DNA of 19,544 nucleotides from Pseudomonadota bacterium (GTDB lineage: Bacteria; Bdellovibrionota; FAC87; UBA2466): the NCBI GenBank assembly GCA_043718025.1, contig JAYSWN010000193.1, positions 1 to 19,544 on the forward strand, given 5' to 3'. A program made the translations under genes and the position numbers. Under the pieces are notes generated by a model. It saw only the letters and a program-made list of their open reading frames with translations. It ran no database searches and was not told the origin of the DNA. How positions within the stretch are numbered: position 1 is the first letter of the stretch; every line of letters starts with the position of its first letter. Positions 7,098 through 15,319 of the stretch are shown piece after piece.

Positions 7098-8701
7098 GCG
7101 GGCTGGCGAGTTCGCTCAGGTCTCACTGGAATTTGGCGGTCAGTTTTATTCTTGGCCTTTCTTTTTTGGTTTCGACTCCTCAGCTTGCCACCTCTCCCCG
7201 AACCTTTCTCCTGGCCCGGATTCTGGCCGCAGCTCTGATTGGATCTGCTTGCTGGCTTCTGATTTGGGGAGTGGCCTCTGGTCCCCAGGCAATAGAACAG
7301 AGGACGATCCTCCAAAAAAAGTTCCTAAAGGAATGGTTCATACAGGCCTCGTTTGGACTAGTACTCCTAGGAAGCTGGCTTGGCGGACAATGGCCCGGTT
7401 TTCTTAACATCGACACTTTTGTAATTTATAGGGAGCTGAAGTCCCTGCGCCTGCATGAATGGGCGTCCTCGCTCTATTCTCTATATCTGCTGACACTTCA
7501 GCAGCTCAGCAAGAATCCGGGGCTGGTCCCTGCGGTTCAGGTGGTAGTCGCGGCGGTGCTCTCGGGATTTCTGTTTAGCCTTCCCGTGCTCGATGGCAGA
7601 CCGGTGTGGATTTGGCGATTGCTGCTTTTTATTTTCCTCATAAATCCACTCAATGGCGCTCTTAATGTGACGTTGAGCCGCGATATTATTTTTTCGTGGT
7701 GCCATATGGGCTGCGCCTTGTTTGTTCCGTGTTACCGGCTTTTTTACCCCGACAAGGCGAACCCATCACTTTTGCTGATTGGGGCTTACAGCCTGGCCGT
7801 GGTCTGCACCGCAAAGTTACGAATGGAAACGGTTCCCACCTTAATTGTGCTACCGTTTTTGTTGGCGGGAATTTGCCTTTGGCGGCGGAAAGCCGTTGCT
7901 ATTTTCTGTGCGTTCACCGCCTTTTTCGGCGTATTGATTTTCGAAACCATGCCCAGCTGGACCAGAACTTTTTCTCCTGCGCTGTCCTACTCCGCCACCT
8001 CATTTATTAATCCCTTAAGTTACCTCCTTCACCATTCCTACAAGACGGATGACCGCGAAGGGGATGCCCAAATCATCGATCGCTTTCTTGATTTTTCACT
8101 GATGGCGAAAATGCCTGACCCCTACGAAATCACGGCGTTTCATAAAGGCTTGCGTAAGCCGGTAAAAAAAGAAAATTATTTAGCGTTACGCAATTTGTTT
8201 CTAAAGATGATCTGGCGCAATCCGGGGCTTTTTATTGAGAATCGCTGGGTCATGTTTCTGGCATTGAATGGCTATGGCAGGCACACGTTCTACTTTGGCA
8301 ACGATCTTGAAGCACGGCTGCCGGGTTCAGCCGAGCTAAGGAGTTGGTTCCCCTCAATCAAAAAAGCACCGTGGTCGGAGCCGCTTCATGCCCTACAGTT
8401 GAGGCTATTGCGCCCTTTCTTCCGCGGAGAGATTGTGCCCTTTCCCACTCTCTTTGTTACCAACACTATTGCCTTTCTGGTACTCCTGCTGAGCTTGCTT
8501 TTATTTCCGTGGGCGCCGGCAACCGCGGGAGCGGCGCTGTTCGTTTTTTTGCGGCTGGTCATTGTATTTCTAACCGCGCCGGCTCCGCATTTCACTTATG
8601 TCTACGGGGTCTATCTCTTTGGCGTTTTTGCCCCCGTATTGCTCTGGATGGAGTTGCAAAAAAACGGCTCGAATAAATTGGTAGGGCAGTCAGTACCCTA
8701 G
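7094..8701 (+). CDS. Polytopic membrane protein, GT-C-like glycosyltransferase candidate
   Basis: About 12 or more hydrophobic segments. The first loop WPGFLNIDT...HEW resembles the PG...D-S/T loop of GT-C/DUF6020-like proteins, there is an RDIIFS motif, and a large soluble loop lies before the C-terminal TMs. ATG 7094 overlaps the upstream TGA (ATGA), indicating coupling. Confidence 0.65.
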   Translation: MSGLASSLRSHWNLAVSFILGLSFLVSTPQLATSPRTFLLARILAAALIGSACWLLIWGVASGPQAIEQRTILQKKFLKEWFIQASFGLVLLGSWLGGQWPGFLNIDTFVIYRELKSLRLHEWASSLYSLYLLTLQQLSKNPGLVPAVQVVVAAVLSGFLFSLPVLDGRPVWIWRLLLFIFLINPLNGALNVTLSRDIIFSWCHMGCALFVPCYRLFYPDKANPSLLLIGAYSLAVVCTAKLRMETVPTLIVLPFLLAGICLWRRKAVAIFCAFTAFFGVLIFETMPSWTRTFSPALSYSATSFINPLSYLLHHSYKTDDREGDAQIIDRFLDFSLMAKMPDPYEITAFHKGLRKPVKKENYLALRNLFLKMIWRNPGLFIENRWVMFLALNGYGRHTFYFGNDLEARLPGSAELRSWFPSIKKAPWSEPLHALQLRLLRPFFRGEIVPFPTLFVTNTIAFLVLLLSLLLFPWAPATAGAALFVFLRLVIVFLTAPAPHFTYVYGVYLFGVFAPVLLWMELQKNGSNKLVGQSVP

Positions 8702-9171
8702 TTAATAATCACGGGTTTTGCTCCGGTTACTCGATAACGGGGGTCTACCGGATCGATGAATAGCTTGTGCGAGTGGCCATCGACCTCGGTGGTCTGCAAC
8801 GTCACCCGCTTTAATTGTTTTAATACCGCAAAATGTTCGGGGGTAACGGTAAATTGGTGATCTCGGCCACCGTGACCATGCCAAAAAGTAAAGGGAACCG
8901 GTTTGTTTTCAATGATGGCGGCCACCCGAATGATCCCCGTTTTGGGCCCTAGGCCGCCGTCAAAATAGAGGGCCATCGCGTTGGTGTCATAAAGCGTGAT
9001 CGCTTTTCGTATGATCTCTTCGGGCGGTTCGAAACTAAAAAGGGAACTGGCTTTCGGGGCGTTAGAAAATTGTCGCCCGCAGGCAGCCAGCCCGCCAACC
9101 ATAACTCCCATCACGCTGGCTAACGCGGCCCGCAGAAAATCTCTTCGATCTAGATTTACGCAAGTTTTCAA
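8698..9171 (-). CDS. Tat-exported His-rich lipoprotein of unknown function (putative metal binding)
   Basis: SD AAGGAG lies 8 nt before TTG at 9171. There is a twin-arginine motif DRRDFL, a hydrophobic stretch, lipobox LAAC, and C-terminal FWHGHGGRDH...EH...GHSH. Confidence 0.8.
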   Translation of the reverse strand: MKTCVNLDRRDFLRAALASVMGVMVGGLAACGRQFSNAPKASSLFSFEPPEEIIRKAITLYDTNAMALYFDGGLGPKTGIIRVAAIIENKPVPFTFWHGHGGRDHQFTVTPEHFAVLKQLKRVTLQTTEVDGHSHKLFIDPVDPRYRVTGAKPVIIN

Positions 9172-9390
9172 GCAGAAGACTCCTTTTTTAAGGTCTAGTC
9201 CAAGCTTAAAACGGGGCGCGCCAGCGCAGGGACTATCGAACAATAAATGCTAACAGGCGCTAATAAGGTAGCCGTGGAAGCTAGTGGCATTAAATCCGCC
9301 GCCAATGCTAGAAGAGTGGTTTAGCGAATAAAGGCGAGGCTAGTCAGAGCCTTCTTAAATACGTTTTTTAAAGTTTAAAGGATGAATGCG

Positions 9391-10503
9391 ATGCACGAGA
9401 GAACGCCCTATAATCTCTTATTCCTAATGCTTCTAATGCTTTACACATTGCCGTTCAGCACCTCTCCCGCCTTTTCTGATTCGGTGCCCGAGGATGATAA
9501 TTCTACCCCCGACCTGCAAAAGACAAAGTTTGATAAGTTTGGCCACTCATTCGCCCCGGTTGTGGGCTACGACCCCACTTTTGGCGTCGTGGCTGGTGGC
9601 GCCTATTTTTATGAAGAGAGGCGTTTAGGCCTGCACGTCGACGCCAATACCAACTTTCGCCAGGTGTACCAACTTCACTACTCCTACCGCCACCAGTTCG
9701 GCGACATTTGGGAACACGGTTGGCGTGGCACACTAATGAAGGGTTTTGATCCTTACTACGGCGAAGGGGGAGAGACCACGGTGGGAAACTACAGCCAAAT
9801 CTGGGGACTGCAGACGCATAACCGTTTTCACTTCGGAATCCGCACCTCTCCCATTTTTTTAATGGGGGCCTTTTTGGATCTGCGCACGCGCAGCGAAGAG
9901 GCTGGCGCCAATAGCCCCGTCACTCGAGTGGGGCCCGATGAGCAGACCGCGGCGGTTGGCCTTTTTCAAAGGCTAGACACCCGCAAGCAAAAGCCTGGCA
10001 CTTTGATCGCCGAAGGCTTTTTGCTGGAATCTTCGGTAAGTCACGTGCCAAGAAAATTTACCTCCGCCGCAGATCAAGAATCGTTTACTCAAGTTGAAGG
10101 TGATTTCATTGTTTACAAAGAAATTTTGGAACAGATTCTTCCCGATGTAGTGGCAGCGTTTTCCCTTCGTGGCGGTTTCACGATTGGAAATCCAAACTAT
10201 GCTTTTACCTACCGACTAGGCGGAACCAATTCCTTGCGCGGTTACCTAGAAAATAGATTTCGAGGAAAAAAATATTACCTGCAACAGACCGAAATACGCT
10301 TTCCGGTAATTCAACCCGTTGGAGTGGCGGTCTTCATGGGCTTCGGCGATGCCTCTAGCACCGATTTTACTGACGCCAAAATGGCTTACGGAGCCGGTCT
10401 ACGCATCGGATTGCCTCCAGATTACGTAAGTCAGGTGCGGCTTGATTTCGGTTTTGCCCGTGATCAATGGGGGTTCTTCGCCAACTTCGGGCAAGTTTTC
10501 TAG
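9391..10503 (+). CDS. Omp85 (BamA/TamA) family outer-membrane beta-barrel without POTRA domains
   Basis: Signal peptide, P-V-V-G-Y-D-P-T-F-G first strand, lid-loop motif YRLGGTNSLRGY (VRGF/Y equivalent), YGAGLRI, VRLDFG, and a terminal NFGQVF beta-signal. The start is 9391 (AAGGA 8 nt upstream) or 9382. Confidence 0.85.
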   Translation: MHERTPYNLLFLMLLMLYTLPFSTSPAFSDSVPEDDNSTPDLQKTKFDKFGHSFAPVVGYDPTFGVVAGGAYFYEERRLGLHVDANTNFRQVYQLHYSYRHQFGDIWEHGWRGTLMKGFDPYYGEGGETTVGNYSQIWGLQTHNRFHFGIRTSPIFLMGAFLDLRTRSEEAGANSPVTRVGPDEQTAAVGLFQRLDTRKQKPGTLIAEGFLLESSVSHVPRKFTSAADQESFTQVEGDFIVYKEILEQILPDVVAAFSLRGGFTIGNPNYAFTYRLGGTNSLRGYLENRFRGKKYYLQQTEIRFPVIQPVGVAVFMGFGDASSTDFTDAKMAYGAGLRIGLPPDYVSQVRLDFGFARDQWGFFANFGQVF

Positions 10504-10582
10504 CCTTTGATTCAACGCGTTGCGCCCGCAAAAAAACAGCAGAGATGTTCAGAAATGTCCGATAAGCCCCTTAGGAGCGCTT

Positions 10583-11413
10583 ATGGGCAGCTACACCCCT
10601 TCGGTCATTGAGACGTTTAGTATCCTCCTCGCCATTATTTTGATGCGCTATTTCGTGGTTTCGGCCGCCTTCTATTTTGCTACCACCTTGGTTTTCAAAA
10701 AACGGTGGCAAAAACGCCGGCTCCACCACGAAATCATTTCCCGAAAACAGATTGTCACCGAAATCGGCTGGTCGATGTTGTCGTGCCTGATTTTTGCCGG
10801 CGCCGGCACCTTGGGGCGCACCCTTTGGGCTCAGGGTTACACCAAAGTTTATTTAGATGTCTCAACCTACGGTTGGATCTATTTCTTTGCCAGCCTTCCG
10901 CTACTTTTGTTCGTTCACGACACTTACTTTTATTTTACGCACCGGTTGATGCATCTGCCTCGGTTATTCCGCGTCATTCATAAAGCACACCACGAATCCC
11001 GACACCCTTCACCATTTTCCTCGTTTTCTTTTCATCCCATCGAGGCCGTAATCGAAGCGTTAATCCTACCCATACTGGTGACGGTGATTCCCACTCATCC
11101 GGCAATCCTTCTGGCCTTTTTAACGATCATGTCAATTTTTGGGGTGGTGAACCACACCGGATACGAAATCTATTCTCAGGCGTTCGTCAGTAACCGCTGG
11201 CTTCGCCATTGGCTAACCACAACGCACCACGAGATGCACCACAGCCATTACCGCACCAACTACAGCTTATATTTTACCTTTTGGGATCGCTGGTTAAATA
11301 CCGAGCATCCCGATTATGAAACCACGTTCTTCGCGTTTACCGAGCGGCTCAAACTACCAACGAGTGTAGGGGCCGTTTTTCACGGCACGCCAAGCCAGTC
11401 CAAAAGTTATTAG
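10583..11413 (+). CDS. Sterol desaturase / fatty acid hydroxylase superfamily protein
   Basis: His boxes HDTYFYFTHRLMH, HKAHH, NHTG and HHEMHH, plus NYSLYFTFWDR. SD AGGAG precedes ATG 10583. Confidence 0.93.
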   Translation: MGSYTPSVIETFSILLAIILMRYFVVSAAFYFATTLVFKKRWQKRRLHHEIISRKQIVTEIGWSMLSCLIFAGAGTLGRTLWAQGYTKVYLDVSTYGWIYFFASLPLLLFVHDTYFYFTHRLMHLPRLFRVIHKAHHESRHPSPFSSFSFHPIEAVIEALILPILVTVIPTHPAILLAFLTIMSIFGVVNHTGYEIYSQAFVSNRWLRHWLTTTHHEMHHSHYRTNYSLYFTFWDRWLNTEHPDYETTFFAFTERLKLPTSVGAVFHGTPSQSKSY

Positions 11414-12154
11414 TACCGTCACCAGCGAAAAGACGGCGCATAACATCGCCGAGATATCTGAAGTGCCCAAAACACCGAAACGGACGCCATTTATAAAATA
11501 AAGCATTGGGTTGGCCTTCGACAACGTCTGCCAAAAGGGATGTAAGTTAGTCAGGGGGAAAAATACTCCGCCCAAATACAGCAAAGGCAGCAAGATAAAC
11601 CCGCCCACCGCGCTTAGCTGATCAATGCTCTTACTCCTAAAGCCAATGGCAATTCCCAAGCTCGAAAAAGCAAATCCGCCCGTGCAAAGAAAAAAAACCA
11701 AAGCTAATGGATGAGCGATTACCAGCCAATCATTCTGAGTCACGTAAAAAAAAGCCTGCCCTACTGAATACGTGACCAGCCCCACCACAAAACCGCGAAC
11801 CATGCCAGCAAGACTCATGGCGCACACAATTTGCAGGTGAGTCAACGGCACCGTTCTCAGGTCTTCAAGGTCACCATGAAACTTGGACGTTGCGATCGAG
11901 CTGCTGCTGTTTTGAAAAGCGTTATTAAGCACGCCCATCATGATTAGACCAGGGATCAGAAACGCAATGTAAGGGTGGCTAGAGCCTACTTGAATGCTGT
12001 TTCCTAAACTGACGCCAAAAATCATCAGGTAAAGCGTAGAGTTAACCAAGGGGATCAAAATTGTTTGTGCGATTACCCGCCAAAATCTCAACACCTCTTT
12101 TTTAAACAGCGTGAGAAAGGGCACCCAAATTAGATTCGAAGCGGTAGAGCTCAT
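11354..12154 (-). CDS. ABC-2 type transporter permease (YadH-like)
   Basis: TLFKKEVLRFWR, LYLMIFG, YIAFLIPGLIMM, LGGVFFP and NPMLYFINGVRFG; six TM segments. Confidence 0.93.
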   Translation of the reverse strand: MSSTASNLIWVPFLTLFKKEVLRFWRVIAQTILIPLVNSTLYLMIFGVSLGNSIQVGSSHPYIAFLIPGLIMMGVLNNAFQNSSSSIATSKFHGDLEDLRTVPLTHLQIVCAMSLAGMVRGFVVGLVTYSVGQAFFYVTQNDWLVIAHPLALVFFLCTGGFAFSSLGIAIGFRSKSIDQLSAVGGFILLPLLYLGGVFFPLTNLHPFWQTLSKANPMLYFINGVRFGVLGTSDISAMLCAVFSLVTVLITFGLAWRAVKNGPYTRW

Positions 12155-13047
12155 TGCGCCTCCTTAATCAAATGCACGAAGGCGTCTTCGAGACTGCCTT
12201 CGCGAATATGCACGTCGAGCAGCCGCTCAGGGGCTAAGGCCAGCTCCCGAATCACATCGCCCACCACCTGATGGCTGGGCACCTTGAAAATAAGATCATC
12301 CCCTTTTTTCTCAACGAGACGCGGGTGCCGAATGCCACTGAGATCGCCTGAAACTTTGAGATGAATCTCACGGGTGGTGAGGTGGTTTATCAACGTTTGG
12401 GTCTTCTCAATTTTAAAAATCTGCCCCTTATGAAGAATGCCCACGCGCGAGCAGAGCGACTCGGCCTCTTCCAAGTAATGCGTAGTGAGTAAAACCGAGA
12501 CCCCCTCGGCGTTCAGCTCACGCACGAACGACCACAATGAGGTACGTAGCCCCACGTCAACGCCGGCCGTGGGCTCATCCAACAAGAGAAGTCGTGGCTT
12601 ATGAACCAGCGCCTTGGCGATCAACAAACGGCGTTTCATACCGCCGCTCAGCTGGCGAACCCGTTTTTCTCGATGCTCGGCTAAACCCAGGCGGTCGAGC
12701 AAGAAATCGATCTGCTTCTGGTTTTTCCGGATGCCGAAATATCCAGAATGAAAGTGCAGGACCTCTTCTACGGAGAAGAATCCATGGCTTACGGTTTCTT
12801 GCGGCACGCAACCGACCAGTGGTTTGGATTTTCCGTCTTTGCCAACGTCCACGCCAAAAACCCGGGCCGAACCTGAAGTGGCCCGAATGAGAGTCGTTAA
12901 AATCGAAATTAAGCTGGTTTTACCCGCCCCGTTTGGGCCCAAAAGGCCAAAAACCTCGCCTGGCTCCAGGTGAAACGAAACGTTATCGAGAGCCTTAAAA
13001 TTGCCGTAAGTCTTAGATAGTCCGATGATTTCGAGGGGCTTTTCCAT
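12151..13047 (-). CDS. ABC transporter ATP-binding protein (YadG-like)
   Basis: Walker A GPNGAGKT, signature LSGGMKRR, Walker B LLLLDEPT and H-loop TTHY. There is an ATGA overlap with the permease gene. The start is placed at ATG 13047. Confidence 0.95.
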   Translation of the reverse strand: MEKPLEIIGLSKTYGNFKALDNVSFHLEPGEVFGLLGPNGAGKTSLISILTTLIRATSGSARVFGVDVGKDGKSKPLVGCVPQETVSHGFFSVEEVLHFHSGYFGIRKNQKQIDFLLDRLGLAEHREKRVRQLSGGMKRRLLIAKALVHKPRLLLLDEPTAGVDVGLRTSLWSFVRELNAEGVSVLLTTHYLEEAESLCSRVGILHKGQIFKIEKTQTLINHLTTREIHLKVSGDLSGIRHPRLVEKKGDDLIFKVPSHQVVGDVIRELALAPERLLDVHIREGSLEDAFVHLIKEAQ

Positions 13048-13112
13048 AGCGGGTGCCAAAAACTATGCCTTTTCGGATTGGTCCTGAAAAGGTAATTACT
13101 ACCTCCTTAACT

Positions 13113-14795
13113 ATGAGTGACGATCCAGTAAATCAAAAGCGCCGCCTTCAGGCAGAGATTGCCCGCCGGCGCACCTTTGCGATCATCTCGCACCCGGATG
13201 CCGGTAAAACCACGCTTACTGAAAAACTCCTCTTATACGGGGGCGCGATTCATTTAGCCGGCGCCGTAAAAGCAAAGGGCAGCGCGCGAAAAACAACCTC
13301 GGATTGGATGGAAATTGAAAAGCAGCGGGGCATCTCGATTAGCACCAGCGTGCTGCGTTTTGAATACGAGGGTAAGCTGGTCAACCTGCTCGATACCCCC
13401 GGCCACAAAGACTTCTCAGAAGATACGTACCGTACATTAGTAGCGGTTGACTCGGCGGTGATGCTCATCGACGCCGCAAAAGGCGTTGAGCCTCAAACCC
13501 GAAAGCTTTTTGAAATTTGTCGCATGCGCGGCATTCCCATTTTTACTTTTATCAACAAGCTCGATCGCCCGGGTCGTGATCCCTTTGAACTGCTCGATGA
13601 ATTAGAAAAAGTGTTGGGTATTCGGTCTTGCCCCGTCAGCTGGCCAATCGGAATGGGACCGCGTTTCAAAGGCGTATATGATCGGGCGGCCAAAGAGCTT
13701 CTGCTTTTTAAAACCGACGGTAAATCTCACGTGGCCAAAGAGATTGTTCCGCGAAAAGTGGATGACATCCGATCAAAAGAAATTCCGCGGCTACTCGCCA
13801 ACGGCCCGGCCGATTTGGAAGACTGCGAGCTTTTGCACCAAGAACTTTTAGAGCAGCTCGACCTGGTTGACGCAGCCGCTGAAGAGATGAACATGGAAAA
13901 GGTGCTGGCGGGACAGCTAAGCCCCGTTTTTTTTGGCAGCGCGATGAACAACTTTGGCGTTCAGCACTTTTTAGAAACCTTTTTGAAAATGGCCCCGTGT
14001 CCTGGTCCACGTAAGGCGGTGGAAGGCGACATCAATCCCGAAAACCCCGAGTTTTCGGGATTTTTCTTTAAGATCCAGGCCAATATGGATCCCCAGCACC
14101 GTGATCGCGTTTCGTTTTTACGAGTTGGCTCCGGACGCTACTACCGCAATATTCCGGTGACCCACGCCCGACTAAAAAAAGACTTTAGGTTAAATAAGGC
14201 ACTGCACTTTTTTGCCCAAGAGCGCGAGCTTATCGAAGAGGCGTTTCCGGGAGATGTGATCGGAATGTTGGACACCACCGGTGATTTTCGTATTGGCGAC
14301 AGTCTGTACGAAAATAAGCCGATCACTTACGAGGGCGTACCTCGTTTTTCTCCAGAAAACTTCACCACCATTGCCGTTGGCGATCCGTTGCGACGCAAAC
14401 AAATGCAGCAAGGGCTCGAGCAGCTTTCTGAAGAAGGGGTCGTACAGATGTTCCACCATTGGGGCGGCGGCAATCTGTATCCGATTTTAGGGGCAGTGGG
14501 CGCTTTGCAGTTTGAGGTGCTCGAGCACCGCTTGAAGGCAGAATACAAAGTCGATCTTAAGTTAGAGCGAATGCCTTTTATCAAAGCCCGCTGGATCGTA
14601 AACCGCAGTAGCGCCGATTTTGCCAAAGCACTCGAAAACTTTCGCCATCTAGCCGAAACTCAACTGGTAGAAGATCGCGATAAAAACCCGGTAGTGCTCT
14701 TTCGCAGCGAATGGAGCGTGGGGTTCGTAACCGAAAAATATAAAGATCTAGATTTTTTACCCGTGGCGCCACTTAAAGGGGCCGAAAAAAAATAG
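13113..14795 (+). CDS. prfC: Peptide chain release factor 3
   Basis: RRRTFAIISHPDAGKTTLTEKLLLYGGAI, SDWMEIEKQRGISI, DTPGHKDFSEDTYR, NKLD, FKIQANMDPQHRDR and GAVGALQFEV are hallmark RF3 motifs. The start is placed at ATG 13113. Confidence 0.98.
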   Translation: MSDDPVNQKRRLQAEIARRRTFAIISHPDAGKTTLTEKLLLYGGAIHLAGAVKAKGSARKTTSDWMEIEKQRGISISTSVLRFEYEGKLVNLLDTPGHKDFSEDTYRTLVAVDSAVMLIDAAKGVEPQTRKLFEICRMRGIPIFTFINKLDRPGRDPFELLDELEKVLGIRSCPVSWPIGMGPRFKGVYDRAAKELLLFKTDGKSHVAKEIVPRKVDDIRSKEIPRLLANGPADLEDCELLHQELLEQLDLVDAAAEEMNMEKVLAGQLSPVFFGSAMNNFGVQHFLETFLKMAPCPGPRKAVEGDINPENPEFSGFFFKIQANMDPQHRDRVSFLRVGSGRYYRNIPVTHARLKKDFRLNKALHFFAQERELIEEAFPGDVIGMLDTTGDFRIGDSLYENKPITYEGVPRFSPENFTTIAVGDPLRRKQMQQGLEQLSEEGVVQMFHHWGGGNLYPILGAVGALQFEVLEHRLKAEYKVDLKLERMPFIKARWIVNRSSADFAKALENFRHLAETQLVEDRDKNPVVLFRSEWSVGFVTEKYKDLDFLPVAPLKGAEKK

Positions 14796-14985
14796 CCCTT
14801 GCGACGTTTTCTCTTCCGATAACGAACACGATGTCACGCGTTAGCTCTGCGCGTTATTTTTAAACTCACCCGGTTGCTGAATTCAGATTTTGGTGGGAAA
14901 CTATTCTCCATCGGTTTGGCGCATATTTTTTGTTTCAGGCCTTTGTTTTATCAACTTAATTGTCACTCATCGAAAGGACATAACC

Positions 14986-15270
14986 ATGAACCAATGGTCA
15001 AAAGCACTCGTAGGTGCGGTAGTAGCAGGCTTTCTCACTTCACAAACTTTAAAGGCCGATGAAACAGCTCCCGCGGCGACGGACCCGTCGGCAGCCCCGG
15101 CCACGACTGAAGCCGCTCCAGCGGCTGATGCAACGCATAAAAAAGCCAAAAAAGGCAAAGGCAAGAAAAAGCACGGCAAAGACGGCTGTGGCGGAAAATC
15201 CGGATGCAAAGGTGCCGATAAATCCAGCTGCAAAGGTGCAGACAAGTCTAGCTGCAAAGCCAAAGAATAA
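14986..15270 (+). CDS. Secreted Cys-motif precursor peptide for the adjacent MNIO (bufferin/oxazolin-like RiPP precursor), 94 aa
   Basis: SD AAAGGA precedes ATG 14986. The product has a Sec-type signal (…TSQTLKA/DE), an Ala/Pro/Thr acidic linker, a Lys-rich block and four Cys motifs (KDGCGG, KSGCKG, KSSCKG, KSSCKA). It lies directly upstream of DUF692 and DUF2063. Confidence 0.88.
   Translation: MNQWSKALVGAVVAGFLTSQTLKADETAPAATDPSAAPATTEAAPAADATHKKAKKGKGKKKHGKDGCGGKSGCKGADKSSCKGADKSSCKAKE
15205..15259 (+). repeat. 24-bp coding tandem repeat (2.3 copies) encoding CKGADKSS
   Basis: tgcaaaggtgccgataaatccagc / tgcaaaggtgcagacaagtctagc / tgcaaag; all 4 differences between the two full copies are synonymous third-position changes. 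Confidence 0.92.
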
Positions 15271-15284
15271 CTGATTGGATGTTT

Positions 15285-15319
15285 GGCCCCGAGGGCGTTT
15301 CGCCTTTGGGGCCTTTTTT
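15285..15319 (+). terminator. Intrinsic terminator-like hairpin between the precursor and MNIO genes
   Basis: GGCCCCGAGGGCG-TTT-CGCCTTTGGGGCC forms a 13-bp stem with 2 G:U pairs. It is followed by TTTTTT and then immediately ATG 15320. Confidence 0.85.

Noticed and set aside
13113..14795. Functional link between prfC and the MNIO operon
   Set aside because: prfC is a housekeeping gene separated by 190 bp, and adjacency alone is not evidence.
14916..14934. Possible sigma-54 promoter (TTGGCGCA...) upstream of the precursor
   Set aside because: There is no GC at the required -12 position, 10 nt after GG.
14890..14985. Longer 126-aa version of the precursor from the ORF track
   Set aside because: The SD and signal peptide fit ATG 14986, so the upstream extension is probably non-coding.
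14967..15263. Antisense ORF with LQLDLSAP repeats, and the alternative-frame ORF 15059-15274
   Set aside because: These are shadows of the precursor gene, whose frame has the SD, signal peptide and operon context.
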